NCBI GenBank assembly: GCA_944350385.1
Contig: CALVOV010000001.1
Span: 68,631 to 132,630, forward strand
Origin: an uncultured Bacilli bacterium
GTDB lineage: Bacteria; Bacillota_I; Bacilli_A; RF39; UBA660
Direction of reading: 5' to 3'
Length of the DNA stretch: 64,000 nucleotides
Both the position numbers and the translations under genes were made by a program. Under the pieces are notes generated by a model. The model saw only the letters and a program-made list of their open reading frames with translations, had not been told where the DNA came from and made no database searches. Numbering within the stretch: the first letter of the stretch is position 1; every line of letters starts with the position of its first letter. Below, one piece after another: positions 46,060 through 56,616 of this stretch.

Positions 46060-46986
46060 ATGAAAATAATATTTATGGGTACACCTGATTTTGCAGTACC
46101 TATTTTGGAAGGTTTAATTGAAAAATATGATGTGGTTGGAGTGGTTAGTCAACCTGATAAAAAAATAGGTAGGCACCAAGAGTTATCTTTTACTCCAATA
46201 AAAAAAGTAGCACTTGATCATAATATTAAAGTTTTTCAGCCTGAGAAGATACGAAATGATTATGAAGAGATTCTTAGTTTAAATCCAGATATCATTATTA
46301 CCTGTGCTTATGGTCAAATCATTCCTAAAGCTATTTTGGATTTTCCTAAATTTGGTTGTATTAATGTTCATGCCTCTCTTTTGCCTAAACTTCGTGGTGG
46401 TGCTCCAATACATAGAGCTATATTAGATGGATACAGTGAGACTGGAGTTACTATTATGTATATGGATGTTAAAATGGATAATGGTGACATTATTAGTACC
46501 AAATCTACTAAAATAGAAGATAGTGATAATTTAGAAAGTTTGCATGATAGATTGAGTTTAATGGGAAGAGATTTATTGTTGGAGACATTACCGAAAATTT
46601 TTAATGGAACCAATAAACGTATAAAACAAAATGAGGAAGAAGTAACTTTTGGATATAATATTAAAAGAGAAGAGGAACACATTGATTTTAATAGAACATC
46701 TAGAGAGATATTTAATCATATTAGAAGTTTATGTCCTTTCCCTGCTGCTTATGCATTATTAGATGATGTAGAAGTAAAGATATATGATAGTTATATTGGA
46801 AATAAAAAGGCTACTTCTAGACCTGGGGAAATATGTGCAATTTATAAAGATGGTATTGGCGTTTCAACTAAAGATGGAGAAATAGTTATTACGTGTATTA
46901 AAATGGCTGGTAAAAAGAAAATGTTAGTTAAAGATTATTTAAATGGTCTTAGAGGAGAAAGTTTAATAGGAAAGGTATTTAAATAA
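46060..46986 (+). CDS. fmt: Methionyl-tRNA formyltransferase
   Basis: MKIIFMGTPDFAVP and HASLLPKLRGGAPIHRAI. Confidence 0.93.
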   Translation: MKIIFMGTPDFAVPILEGLIEKYDVVGVVSQPDKKIGRHQELSFTPIKKVALDHNIKVFQPEKIRNDYEEILSLNPDIIITCAYGQIIPKAILDFPKFGCINVHASLLPKLRGGAPIHRAILDGYSETGVTIMYMDVKMDNGDIISTKSTKIEDSDNLESLHDRLSLMGRDLLLETLPKIFNGTNKRIKQNEEEVTFGYNIKREEEHIDFNRTSREIFNHIRSLCPFPAAYALLDDVEVKIYDSYIGNKKATSRPGEICAIYKDGIGVSTKDGEIVITCIKMAGKKKMLVKDYLNGLRGESLIGKVFK

Positions 46987-47678
46987 TGAAAAAAGTCATC
47001 GAAATAATTAAAAATTTAAAAAAGACTCCACGAGGAAGAGGAATTTTATTTTTTACTTTTTATTTTTTCTTTTTTTTGATTCTTGCTATTGTGGCAAGAC
47101 TTTCACCAAATGATTCTACTATGGATGGAAAAGAAGATAATGAAAATGTATTTTCTTTTGTTGAGTATAATGGAGATAATTATAAGTATGATTATACTTT
47201 TTATGTAGATAGTTATACTGCATATGTAAAAGGAGAAAAGAATTCTGATAAAGAGTGGTTTAATTATTCTTTTGGTAATGAAAATCGTGATTATTATAAG
47301 GAAAATTTTTTATATTATAGCGATGGTGTTATTGTTAGTAAACCTAATGCTTTATTAGATATAACTGATTCAATAGATACTATTATAAAGAAATCTAGTT
47401 ATGATTCTATTACTAATTATCAAAGTGGAAAAAAAGTATATAGATATCAAATAAGTAGTGCAACTATTAATAATATTTTAGGCATGCAAGATTTGGATGT
47501 AGAAGAGAAACCTAATGAAATTGTGATTAGTGTTATTGACAATAGAGTTACAGATATTGAGTTTATTTTAGATAGCTATTGTGTTGCAACTAGAACTTGT
47601 TCTGATAGTATGAAATTAAATTTAAAATATAGTGATTTTGAAAGTGTTAAAGAGATTGTTAATGATAATAATAATTAA
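46986..47678 (+). CDS. Hypothetical N-terminally anchored protein
   Basis: TM helix ILFFTFYFFFFLILAIVA followed by a ~180-aa domain. Confidence 0.5.
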   Translation: MKKVIEIIKNLKKTPRGRGILFFTFYFFFFLILAIVARLSPNDSTMDGKEDNENVFSFVEYNGDNYKYDYTFYVDSYTAYVKGEKNSDKEWFNYSFGNENRDYYKENFLYYSDGVIVSKPNALLDITDSIDTIIKKSSYDSITNYQSGKKVYRYQISSATINNILGMQDLDVEEKPNEIVISVIDNRVTDIEFILDSYCVATRTCSDSMKLNLKYSDFESVKEIVNDNNN

Positions 47679-47731
47679 TAATTTCTTTTGTTTTTATGGT
47701 ATCATATAGAAGTGAAGTAGAGGTGGTATGC

Positions 47732-48754
47732 ATGAAGAATATTTATAATTTGACATTGGAAGAGATGGAAAATTATTTTTTAAGTATTGGATCTAAAAAA
47801 TTTCATGCAAAGCAATTATTTGAATGGCTTTATATTAAGAGGATAAAGAGCTTAGATGAAGCTTCTAATATAAGTAAAGATTTAAATCAAGTTATTAAAA
47901 AAGATTTCGAGTTTAATCCTTTGAAAATAGTGGAAGTTCAAGAAGATGTTGATGTTAAAAAGTATTTATTCGAACTTCATGATGGTGAACATATTGAGGC
48001 TGTTTTAATGTTTCATGATTTTGGAAATAGCGTTTGCGTTTCTAGTCAAGTTGGCTGCAATATGGGTTGCAAATTTTGTGAGTCTGGTAGAAGAAAAAAG
48101 GTTCGTAATTTAGAAACTTATGAAATGGTTTTACAGATATTAATGATTGAGGAAGAATTAGGAAAAAGAATTAGTCATGTTGTGGTAATGGGAATTGGCG
48201 AACCCTTTGATAATTATGACAATGTAATGAATTTTTTTACGATTATAAATAGTCCATTTGGATTAGCAATTGGTTCACGTCATCTAACCGTTTCTACATG
48301 TGGTGTTGTTCCTAAAATTAAGGAATTTGCAGAATTTCCTTTACAAGTTAATTTAGCTGTTAGCTTACATGCTCCAAATAATGAAATTAGAAATAAGATA
48401 ATGCCTATTAATAAAGTTTATCCATTAGAAAAGTTAATTCCAGCATTGAAGGAGTATTATAAAAAAACTAATAGACGACTTACTTTTGAATATATTTTAT
48501 TAGAAGGAATTAATGATAGTGAAAGTAATGCTTTAGAGTTATCTAAATTGGTTAAAGGAATGAATTGTTATATTAATTTAATACCTTATAATGAAACTAA
48601 TAATATCGAATTTAAAAGAACAAATACTATTAAAATTATGAAATTTTATGATATACTTAAAAGGAATAATATTACAGTTACAATACGAAGAGAATTTGGT
48701 AGAAATATAAGTGCTGCCTGTGGACAACTTAGAAGTAAGAAGGAGGAATTATGA
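47732..48754 (+). CDS. rlmN: 23S rRNA/tRNA A2503-C2 methyltransferase (radical SAM)
   Basis: SSQVGCNMGCKFCESG and a C-terminal AACGQL. ATG 47732 is 5 nt after agaggtgg. Confidence 0.92.
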   Translation: MKNIYNLTLEEMENYFLSIGSKKFHAKQLFEWLYIKRIKSLDEASNISKDLNQVIKKDFEFNPLKIVEVQEDVDVKKYLFELHDGEHIEAVLMFHDFGNSVCVSSQVGCNMGCKFCESGRRKKVRNLETYEMVLQILMIEEELGKRISHVVVMGIGEPFDNYDNVMNFFTIINSPFGLAIGSRHLTVSTCGVVPKIKEFAEFPLQVNLAVSLHAPNNEIRNKIMPINKVYPLEKLIPALKEYYKKTNRRLTFEYILLEGINDSESNALELSKLVKGMNCYINLIPYNETNNIEFKRTNTIKIMKFYDILKRNNITVTIRREFGRNISAACGQLRSKKEEL

Positions 48755-49497
48755 AATCTTTTTATTTAACTGACGCTGGTAAAGTTCGTGATCATAATGA
48801 AGATAGTGTCATAATTGTTAAAACAAGTGAAGATGATTATTTACTAGCGATTGCTGATGGAATGGGTGGACATTCTGCTGGTGAGGTTGCTAGTAGTATA
48901 GCTATTGGCTATTTGGGAAGACATTTTAAAGAAACATTTATTAATATGAGTAAAATAGACGCGGTTAATTGGATTAGAGATTCTGTTGATGAGATAAATA
49001 CTTTGATTTTTCAACATGAAAAGACACATCCTGAAAGTAAAGGAATGGGAACAACTTTAGTTTTAGCTATTTTAACAAAAGATTATTTATTATTTGGTAA
49101 TGTTGGAGATTCAAGTGGTTTTGTTATTAGGGATGATAAGTTACATAAGGTAACTTATGATCATACTCTCGTTAATTTACTAGTTAGTGCTGGAGAATTA
49201 ACAAAGGAAGAGGCTTCAGTTCATCCAAAGAAAAATGTTTTAATGAAAGCTTTGGGAGCAGCTTTAGAAGTTGATGTCGATATTTTTGATTGTGATATGG
49301 ATGTTTCTCAAATTTTACTTTCTAGTGATGGTTTAACAAATATGCTTGAGAAAGATCAAATAGAAAGAGTTTTATTAGGAGATGGAACTGTTGAAGATAA
49401 AGTAGTTAAACTTATTCGAAAAGCCAATAATAGAGGCGGAACAGATAATATTTCAGTTGCATATTTAGTTAGGTTTGAAGAAGGTGAAGTTAAGTGA
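48751..49497 (+). CDS. prpC: PP2C-family Ser/Thr phosphatase
   Basis: AIADGMGGHSAGEVAS, SDGLTNML, and RGGTDNIS near the end. Overlaps rlmN and prkC. Confidence 0.88.
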   Translation: MKSFYLTDAGKVRDHNEDSVIIVKTSEDDYLLAIADGMGGHSAGEVASSIAIGYLGRHFKETFINMSKIDAVNWIRDSVDEINTLIFQHEKTHPESKGMGTTLVLAILTKDYLLFGNVGDSSGFVIRDDKLHKVTYDHTLVNLLVSAGELTKEEASVHPKKNVLMKALGAALEVDVDIFDCDMDVSQILLSSDGLTNMLEKDQIERVLLGDGTVEDKVVKLIRKANNRGGTDNISVAYLVRFEEGEVK

Positions 49498-51311
49498 TAA
49501 CAAAGGGGCAAAAGATAAATGAACGTTATGAAATAATTCGTTCAATTGGTGAAGGTGGAATGGCGAATGTTTATCTAGGTTATGATGCTATCCTAGATAG
49601 AAATGTTGCTATTAAAGTATTAAGAGGAGATTTGTCAAACGATGAAAAGTTTGTAAGAAGATTTCAACGTGAAGCTTTATCTGCTTCTAGTTTAGCACAT
49701 CCAAATATAGTTGAAATGTATGATGTAGGTGAAGATGACGGACTATATTATATTGTAATGGAATATATTGAGGGAAAGACGTTAAAGCAATTATTAAAAA
49801 AGAGGGGTACTTTAACTTTATCTGAAGCTATTGATATTATGCTACAATTAACTGAAGGTATGGCACATGCGCATGATTCTTATATTATTCATAGGGATTT
49901 AAAACCACAAAATATAATGATTAAAGATGACGGACAAATTAAAATTACGGATTTTGGTATAGCAATGGCATTAAATGCTACACAACTTACACAAACTAAT
50001 TCAGTTATGGGTTCTGTTCACTATTTGCCACCTGAGCAAGCTAGTGGAAAAGGTTCTACTATTAAAAGTGATATCTATTCTATGGGCATTATTTTTTATG
50101 AATTGTTGACAGGTTCATTACCATTTAAGGGCGATAATGCTGTAGAAATTGCTCTTAAGCATATGCGTGATCCTTTACCTAGTGTTCGTGAAATTAATCC
50201 AGCTATTCCACAAAGTATTGAAAATATTATTATTAAAGCAACAGCTAAGAATCCAAAAAATAGATATGATAATGTACGTAGTATGCATCAAGATTTATTA
50301 ACGGCTTTAGATGATGATAGAATGAATGAAGAACCTTATAAATATAAATATCCTGAACATGAAGAACCAAAGAAAAAAGTAGAAGAAAAAAAAGAAGAAA
50401 TCATTGAATTAGAAGAACCCAAAGAAGAAAAAATAGTTGATACTGAAGAAAATATAAAAGAGGAAAAATCTTCTAAGAAAAGTAAAATAGTTATTATAAT
50501 TTTAAGTATTATAGTTGCGTTAATAGTTTTTGCTTTTGTATTTGTTATATTTATACTTCCAACTTTTTCTGAAAAAGAGGTAAAAGTACCTGATTGTACA
50601 GGATTAAAAGTTAGTACTTGTCAAAATAGATTAGAAGAAGCAGGTTTTATTGTTAATAGTAAAATTGAAAGTGTTGCTAGTGATGAGATAGAAAAGAATC
50701 GAGTTGTTAGAACAAATCCTAGTGCTAATAGAAATGCTAAAGAAGGTTCAGTTGTTACTATTTATAAATCCTCTGGTGATGAGACTTTTGTTTTAGAGGA
50801 TTATACTGGAAGAAATTATATCGAAGTAAAAACAATATTAAGTACTAATTATGGATTAAATGTAAATGTTGAAAAACGTGATGTTGGTTCTAATGATGAA
50901 GAGTTTGGTGAACAAGAAATAATTGGTCAGTCATTAGCTGCTGGCAGTCATGTTAAAGCTGGAGATACAATAATTTTATATATACCAAATATTGTTGATG
51001 TATTTCCAAATATGTCTGCCCTAGGATGGAGTGAAGCAGATGCTCAAGCTTTCTGCGATGAGCATAATCTTATTTTAAAAGTTGAACAGCAAGAAACAGA
51101 TGAAGTTGAACCAGGAAAGATAATTGATCAAAATCGTGCTCCAGATAGTCCAATTGTTGAAGGTCAAACATTTACTATAACAGTAGCAGTTAAGCCAAAA
51201 GAACCAGTAGTATCAGAAAAGCCTGAAGAAACTGGTCCATCGGATGAAGTTAATACTGATACAGATACTGAAGATAAAAAAGATGAAAATATTACAAATA
51301 CTACAGAGTAG
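49494..51311 (+). CDS. prkC: PASTA-domain Ser/Thr protein kinase
   Basis: Hanks kinase motifs (HRDLKPQN, DFG, YLPPE), a TM helix, and three PASTA-like repeats. Confidence 0.9.
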   Translation: MITKGQKINERYEIIRSIGEGGMANVYLGYDAILDRNVAIKVLRGDLSNDEKFVRRFQREALSASSLAHPNIVEMYDVGEDDGLYYIVMEYIEGKTLKQLLKKRGTLTLSEAIDIMLQLTEGMAHAHDSYIIHRDLKPQNIMIKDDGQIKITDFGIAMALNATQLTQTNSVMGSVHYLPPEQASGKGSTIKSDIYSMGIIFYELLTGSLPFKGDNAVEIALKHMRDPLPSVREINPAIPQSIENIIIKATAKNPKNRYDNVRSMHQDLLTALDDDRMNEEPYKYKYPEHEEPKKKVEEKKEEIIELEEPKEEKIVDTEENIKEEKSSKKSKIVIIILSIIVALIVFAFVFVIFILPTFSEKEVKVPDCTGLKVSTCQNRLEEAGFIVNSKIESVASDEIEKNRVVRTNPSANRNAKEGSVVTIYKSSGDETFVLEDYTGRNYIEVKTILSTNYGLNVNVEKRDVGSNDEEFGEQEIIGQSLAAGSHVKAGDTIILYIPNIVDVFPNMSALGWSEADAQAFCDEHNLILKVEQQETDEVEPGKIIDQNRAPDSPIVEGQTFTITVAVKPKEPVVSEKPEETGPSDEVNTDTDTEDKKDENITNTTE

Positions 51312-51319
51312 GGGGATTT

Positions 51320-52156
51320 ATGCAAGGACAAATAATTAAAATTTCAAGTGATTTACATTTTGTTAAATGTAATAATGAAACTTATCCTTGTAAATGTCGT
51401 GGAATATTTAGAAAAGAACATATTATTCCTTTAGTAGGAGATTATGTTCTTTTTAGTAAAGAAAAAAAATTAATAGAAGAAGTATTACCACGAAAGAATG
51501 AGTTTCAAAGACCAAAAGTAAGTAATATCGATCAAGCTTTTGTGATAACAAGTTTAGTTAATCCAGATTTTTCTTTGAATTTATTGGATAAACTAATTGT
51601 GTTAATGGAAATACATAAAGTAAGACCGATTATTATCATTACTAAAGAGGATTTAGTTTCAAGAGATAAATTAAAAGAAATATGGAATATTTTAGATTAT
51701 TATAAAAGTCTTGGATATGAAGTTATTTCTAATACAGATATTGATAGTATTAGAAAGATGATTGGAAATAAGACTAGCGTATTTACTGGTCAGACAGGGG
51801 CAGGAAAATCAACTTTATTAAATAAGTTAAATAAAGATTGGAATTTGGAAACTGGAGAAGTATCTTTAGCTTTAGGTAGAGGCAAACATACTACTCGTAC
51901 TGTTGAGTTATTTGATTTTTTAGATGGCAAGGTAATGGATACTCCTGGTTTTTCAGCTTTAGATTTTAAAGAAAATTCTAGCGATGAAATAAGAAATGCT
52001 TTTAGAGAATTTTCTAATTTTCCTTGTCCTTTTAAAGATTGTACGCATACAAAAGAATCAGAATGTTTAGTTAAAAAAGCTGTTTTGACGAAAAATATTT
52101 TAGAGAGTCGCTATGAAAATTATTTAAGTTTTATTGGTGAGGAGAATAAAAGATGA
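51320..52156 (+). CDS. rsgA: Ribosome small-subunit-dependent GTPase A
   Basis: OB fold followed by a circularly permuted GTPase (GQTGAGKSTLLN) and zinc knuckle CPFKDCTHTKESEC. Confidence 0.9.
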   Translation: MQGQIIKISSDLHFVKCNNETYPCKCRGIFRKEHIIPLVGDYVLFSKEKKLIEEVLPRKNEFQRPKVSNIDQAFVITSLVNPDFSLNLLDKLIVLMEIHKVRPIIIITKEDLVSRDKLKEIWNILDYYKSLGYEVISNTDIDSIRKMIGNKTSVFTGQTGAGKSTLLNKLNKDWNLETGEVSLALGRGKHTTRTVELFDFLDGKVMDTPGFSALDFKENSSDEIRNAFREFSNFPCPFKDCTHTKESECLVKKAVLTKNILESRYENYLSFIGEENKR

Positions 52157-52779
52157 AAGTAAGTGTTTCTTTTTTAAGTAGTAAGAATATACCTAATGAT
52201 TTGAAAAAGTTAGATAATACTGATGCTGATTATATTCATGTTGATGTTATGGATGGACATTTTGTTCGTAATAAGACTATGCCTTTTTCTGAAATGAAAA
52301 ATATTCATAAATATACTTCAAAGAGATTAGAAGTTCATTTAATGGTTGATGAGCCGGAAAAATATATTCCTTTATATGCTGAATTAAATACTGAATATAT
52401 TATAATTCATCTAGAATTAGATAAGGATATTAAATCATTATTAGAAATGATTAAAAGGTATTCTATTAAAGTAGGATTGTCAATTAAACCAAATACTCCA
52501 ATTTCAGCTTTAGTTCCTTATTTACCATTAATAGATGAAGTTTTAGTAATGAGTGTCGAACCAGGAGAGGGTGGACAATCATTTATAGAAAATACTCCTA
52601 ATAGAATTAATGAAATAAGAGATTTATTAAATGAATATAATTTAAAAGTTATTATTAATGTAGATGGTGGAATAAATGGCAATACTGTTAAGAAATGCTA
52701 TAACTGTGACATCGTGACAAGTGGAAGTTACATTATTAATAGTGATGATTTTCAAGAAAAAATTTCAAGTTTAAGATAA
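52153..52779 (+). CDS. rpe: Ribulose-phosphate 3-epimerase
   Basis: YIHVDVMDGHFV, MSVEPGEGGQ and VDGGIN. Confidence 0.9.
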   Translation: MKVSVSFLSSKNIPNDLKKLDNTDADYIHVDVMDGHFVRNKTMPFSEMKNIHKYTSKRLEVHLMVDEPEKYIPLYAELNTEYIIIHLELDKDIKSLLEMIKRYSIKVGLSIKPNTPISALVPYLPLIDEVLVMSVEPGEGGQSFIENTPNRINEIRDLLNEYNLKVIINVDGGINGNTVKKCYNCDIVTSGSYIINSDDFQEKISSLR

Positions 52780-52817
52780 TTATGTTATAATAAGAATATA
52801 ATAGGGAGTTGAGAATT

Positions 52818-53705
52818 ATGAATAATAATAATTTACCTAATAATGATGTTAACTCTACGCTAGATAGTGTGCCTAATACTTCTGTTCCTCCGGTTTCTCC
52901 TCAAGTAAATCAGACAGAAGTTTCAGAGGTTCCAATTGTTGCTCCACCTATTGTCAACCAAAATAATAATGTTATGGGTGAAGATGGAATATTAAAACCA
53001 TTTGTTAATCAGCCTGTTGAAAAATTAGTTTCAGAGCCAGTTGCTATACAACCTGATGTAATTGTTGATAATAATGGTGATTTGAAGAAAGAACCACCAA
53101 TTATTGAGAATACTAAGATGGAGAAAGTAAATATTGAATATAAACCACCAGGTAAGATAAAAGTGTTTTTTATGATACTATTTTTCTTTGTATTACTTGG
53201 ATCAATTTTATTTCTTCCAGAAATAAATCAATTTTTACAGAGTATGCAAGAAGAAAAACCACCAGTAGTAGATGAAACTGAAATATTAGATGGTTATTTA
53301 ACTTGTAATTTAGAGACAAGTAATGATACTTTTGATCTTATTTATGCTCTTGAGTTTTCTTTTGAAAATAAATTATTAAAATCATTAAATTATGATGTTA
53401 CTACCAGAGGAGATAAAACATTAGATTTTGATAGTTTAAGTTTACTTTATAATAATTGTAAGAGTCTTTCTGCGGAATTAAATCAGAATGATTTAGGATC
53501 TTCAATTAGTTGTGATATGTTTGATGGATTAGTTACTACTTCTGAATCTATTGATTATACTACTTTAAATTTAGATCAAGTAAATAAATTATATGAAAAA
53601 TATTCTATGCAGTTACCTAATTTTGAATTAAATGAAAATATTTCTGACATCGAAAGAAATTTAAAATCTAGTGGTTATACTTGTGAAATTAGAAAGAGTG
53701 ATTAA
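52818..53705 (+). CDS. Hypothetical membrane protein with Pro/Val/Asn-rich N-terminal region
   Basis: Central TM helix VFFMILFFFVLLGSILFL followed by a ~150-aa C-terminal domain. Confidence 0.5.
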   Translation: MNNNNLPNNDVNSTLDSVPNTSVPPVSPQVNQTEVSEVPIVAPPIVNQNNNVMGEDGILKPFVNQPVEKLVSEPVAIQPDVIVDNNGDLKKEPPIIENTKMEKVNIEYKPPGKIKVFFMILFFFVLLGSILFLPEINQFLQSMQEEKPPVVDETEILDGYLTCNLETSNDTFDLIYALEFSFENKLLKSLNYDVTTRGDKTLDFDSLSLLYNNCKSLSAELNQNDLGSSISCDMFDGLVTTSESIDYTTLNLDQVNKLYEKYSMQLPNFELNENISDIERNLKSSGYTCEIRKSD

Positions 53706-53741
53706 TTTACTCTTTCTTTATGATGATAGGATGAGATGATT

Positions 53742-54278
53742 ATGAGAAAAAGAAAAAGTATATTTTTAGTAGTTTCACTTATTTTATTTATCAGTATAGG
53801 ATTTTCGGTACTTTCTTCTAATATTTCAATTAATGGTTCATTTTCCTTTTTAAATAATACTTGGGATATTTATTTTGATAATTTGGAAGTTTCTCCAGGA
53901 AGTGTAGCAGCAATCGAAAGTGCAAAAATTATGGAAGAAGATAATGAAACAATAAATTATGAGATTAAATTTACTAAACCGGGTGATTATTATGAATTTA
54001 ATGTTGATATTGTTAATGATGGAACAATTGATGCAATGATTTCTAATATAACAAAGAGTCCATTAAATGAAGAACAACAAAAATATCTTGATTACGTTGT
54101 TAGTTATGAAAATGGTGATAGTATATTAGAAAATGATATAGTGAGGGCTAATGGAAGTGTAAGAATAAAAATAATAGTTAGTTTTAAAACAGATATTAGT
54201 GCTCAAGATTTACCTGTTAATGGAGATTGCTTGAATTTATCTCTTTCTACAGATGCTATTGTAGTTAATGAAATTTAA
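53742..54278 (+). CDS. Hypothetical secreted/anchored beta-rich protein
   Basis: N-terminal helix SIFLVVSLILFISIGFSVL followed by NNTWDIYFDNLEV... Confidence 0.5.
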   Translation: MRKRKSIFLVVSLILFISIGFSVLSSNISINGSFSFLNNTWDIYFDNLEVSPGSVAAIESAKIMEEDNETINYEIKFTKPGDYYEFNVDIVNDGTIDAMISNITKSPLNEEQQKYLDYVVSYENGDSILENDIVRANGSVRIKIIVSFKTDISAQDLPVNGDCLNLSLSTDAIVVNEI

Positions 54279-54296
54279 TATTAAATATAGTAAGTT

Positions 54297-54320
54297 AAAA
54301 ATCTAATTTAGATTTTTTTC
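54297..54320 (+). terminator. Rho-independent terminator
   Basis: Stem aaaaatcta/tagattttt plus a T-run. Confidence 0.7.
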
Positions 54321-54396
54321 TTTTGTAAAAATAAGTCAATAAAGTATTTAAGTCTTTCTCTTTATGATAAAATAATTATTGTTATGGAGGATTAAT

Positions 54397-56550
54397 ATGA
54401 ATGAATTGATTGTAAAAGGGATTTCGCTTGATTTAAATATTAGTGAGAAACAAGTAAATGTTGTTTTGGAAATGTTAAGTGAAGGAAATACTATTCCTTT
54501 TATTGCAAGATATAGAAAAGAAGCTACGGGAGCTTTAGATGAAGAAACAATTAGAAAAATAAATGAAGTATATGAATATCAAGAAAATTTACTTAAAAGA
54601 AAAGAGGATGTTATTCGTTTAATTGATGAAAAAGGATTGCTTACTGAAGAATTAAAGAATAATATTTTAAATTGCAATAAGCTGGTTGAAGTGGAAGATT
54701 TGTATAGACCATATAAAGAAAAGAAAAAAACTAAAGCTACAGAAGCTATAGCTTTGGGATTGGAACCATTAGCAAAGATGATAATGTCTTTTCCAACTAA
54801 TGGTAATATCAATGATTTAACTAGTAAGTTTATTAAAGATGATTTAGATCAAAATAAATGTATTGAAGGAGCTAAATATATAATAGCTGAATGGATTAGT
54901 GATAATGCTTATTATAGAAAAATTGTAAGAGCATATTTTTATAAAAATGGGATTATTGTTTCTTCGTTAAAGAAAAATGCGATTGATGAAAATAAGACAT
55001 ATGAAATGTATTATGATTATAGTGAATCGATTAGATATACAAAACCACATAGAATTTTAGCTTTGAATAGGGGTGAAAAGGAAAAAGTATTAAACGTTAG
55101 TATAGATGTAAATAAAGATGAAATTTTGGCCATTTTAGAAAAGAAAATAATTAAAAATCAAAATAGTTTCGTAGTCAATTTTGTAAAAGAGGCAATAGAT
55201 GATTCTTATAAAAGATTAATTGCACCTTCTGTAGAAAGAGAAGTAAGAAGTGAGTTAACTGAAAAAGGTGAGGCAGCAGCAATAGATAATTTTGGTAAAA
55301 ATTTGGAAGCTTTACTTTTAACTCCACCACTAAAAGAAAGAGTAGTTCTAGCTTTTGATCCGGGCTACGTTAATGGTTGTAAGTTAGCTGTTATTGATAA
55401 AAATGGTAAGTACTTAGATTCTATAGTAATAAAGCCTTTCTTAAATGGTAATACTGAAGAAAGAATTCGTTTAAGTAAAGAAGTTGTTTTACAATTAATA
55501 AGAAAATATAACGTTGATGTTATTGCAATTGGTAATGGTACTGCTTCTCGTGAATCAGAAAAATTTTGTGCTGATATGATTCATGAAAATAATTTAAAAT
55601 GTCAATATGTTATTGTAAGTGAAGCAGGTGCATCAATTTATAGTGCTTCTCCACAAGCTATTGAAGAATTTCCAGAATTAGCAGTTGAAAAGAGAAGCGC
55701 TGTAAGTATCGGCAGAAGATTACAAGATCCATTAGCAGAATTAGTTAAAATTCCTCCGGAAGGAATTGGCGTTGGGTTATATCAACATGATGTTTCTCAA
55801 AAGAAATTATCAAGTTCTTTAGACTTTGTAGTTGAAAAATGTGTTAATAGTGTTGGTGTTAATATAAATACAGCTTCAGCTTCCCTTTTAAAATATGTTT
55901 CAGGTATTACTAAAAAAGCTATTGATAAGATAATTGAATATCGTGAAAAAGTAGGTAAGATTACTTCTCGTGATGAAATTAAAAAGAAAAAACTTTTAAC
56001 TGATAAAGCTTATGAACAAGCCATTGGTTTTTTGAGAATTACTGATGGTGATAATATTTTAGATTCTACTGCTATTCATCCAGAAAGTTATGATTTGGCA
56101 AAACAAATTTTAAATGATATTGGCGAAGATGTTACAAAAGTTGGCAGTGAAGAATTAATAGATAAACTAGATAAATTGAATTTAGAAGAATACAAAGATA
56201 AATTAAAAACTGATATATATACTTTAGAGGATGTTGTTGCATCTTTAAAAAAGCCTAATTTAGACCCTCGAGATGAGTATCCACAACCTATATTAAAGAG
56301 TGATGTATTGGATATTAAAGATTTAACTATTGGAATGAAATTACAAGGTACTGTACGTAATGTAGTTGATTTTGGATTATTTATAGATATTGGATTACAT
56401 GATGATGGTCTTGCACATATATCTAAATTATCGAAAAATTTTATAAAACATCCTTCAGATTTATTTAGTGTTGGTGACATAGTAGATTGTTATGTTGATG
56501 ATATTAATCTTGAGAAAAATAAAGTTAGTTTAAGTTTATTAGAGAGATAG
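54397..56550 (+). CDS. tex: Tex-like transcription accessory protein (S1 domain)
   Basis: N-terminal IPFIARYRKEATG, a YqgF-like core, HhH segments, and a C-terminal S1 domain GTVRNVVDFGLFIDIG...HIS. Confidence 0.88.
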   Translation: MNELIVKGISLDLNISEKQVNVVLEMLSEGNTIPFIARYRKEATGALDEETIRKINEVYEYQENLLKRKEDVIRLIDEKGLLTEELKNNILNCNKLVEVEDLYRPYKEKKKTKATEAIALGLEPLAKMIMSFPTNGNINDLTSKFIKDDLDQNKCIEGAKYIIAEWISDNAYYRKIVRAYFYKNGIIVSSLKKNAIDENKTYEMYYDYSESIRYTKPHRILALNRGEKEKVLNVSIDVNKDEILAILEKKIIKNQNSFVVNFVKEAIDDSYKRLIAPSVEREVRSELTEKGEAAAIDNFGKNLEALLLTPPLKERVVLAFDPGYVNGCKLAVIDKNGKYLDSIVIKPFLNGNTEERIRLSKEVVLQLIRKYNVDVIAIGNGTASRESEKFCADMIHENNLKCQYVIVSEAGASIYSASPQAIEEFPELAVEKRSAVSIGRRLQDPLAELVKIPPEGIGVGLYQHDVSQKKLSSSLDFVVEKCVNSVGVNINTASASLLKYVSGITKKAIDKIIEYREKVGKITSRDEIKKKKLLTDKAYEQAIGFLRITDGDNILDSTAIHPESYDLAKQILNDIGEDVTKVGSEELIDKLDKLNLEEYKDKLKTDIYTLEDVVASLKKPNLDPRDEYPQPILKSDVLDIKDLTIGMKLQGTVRNVVDFGLFIDIGLHDDGLAHISKLSKNFIKHPSDLFSVGDIVDCYVDDINLEKNKVSLSLLER

Positions 56551-56566
56551 ATTTATCTCTTTTTAT
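56541..56566 (+). terminator. Rho-independent terminator
   Basis: 7-bp stem agagata/tatctct plus a T-run. Confidence 0.75.
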
Positions 56567-56616
56567 ATATATTTTTTTTTAATTTCATGGTAATATTTTA
56601 TTATAGGAGGCTTTAT

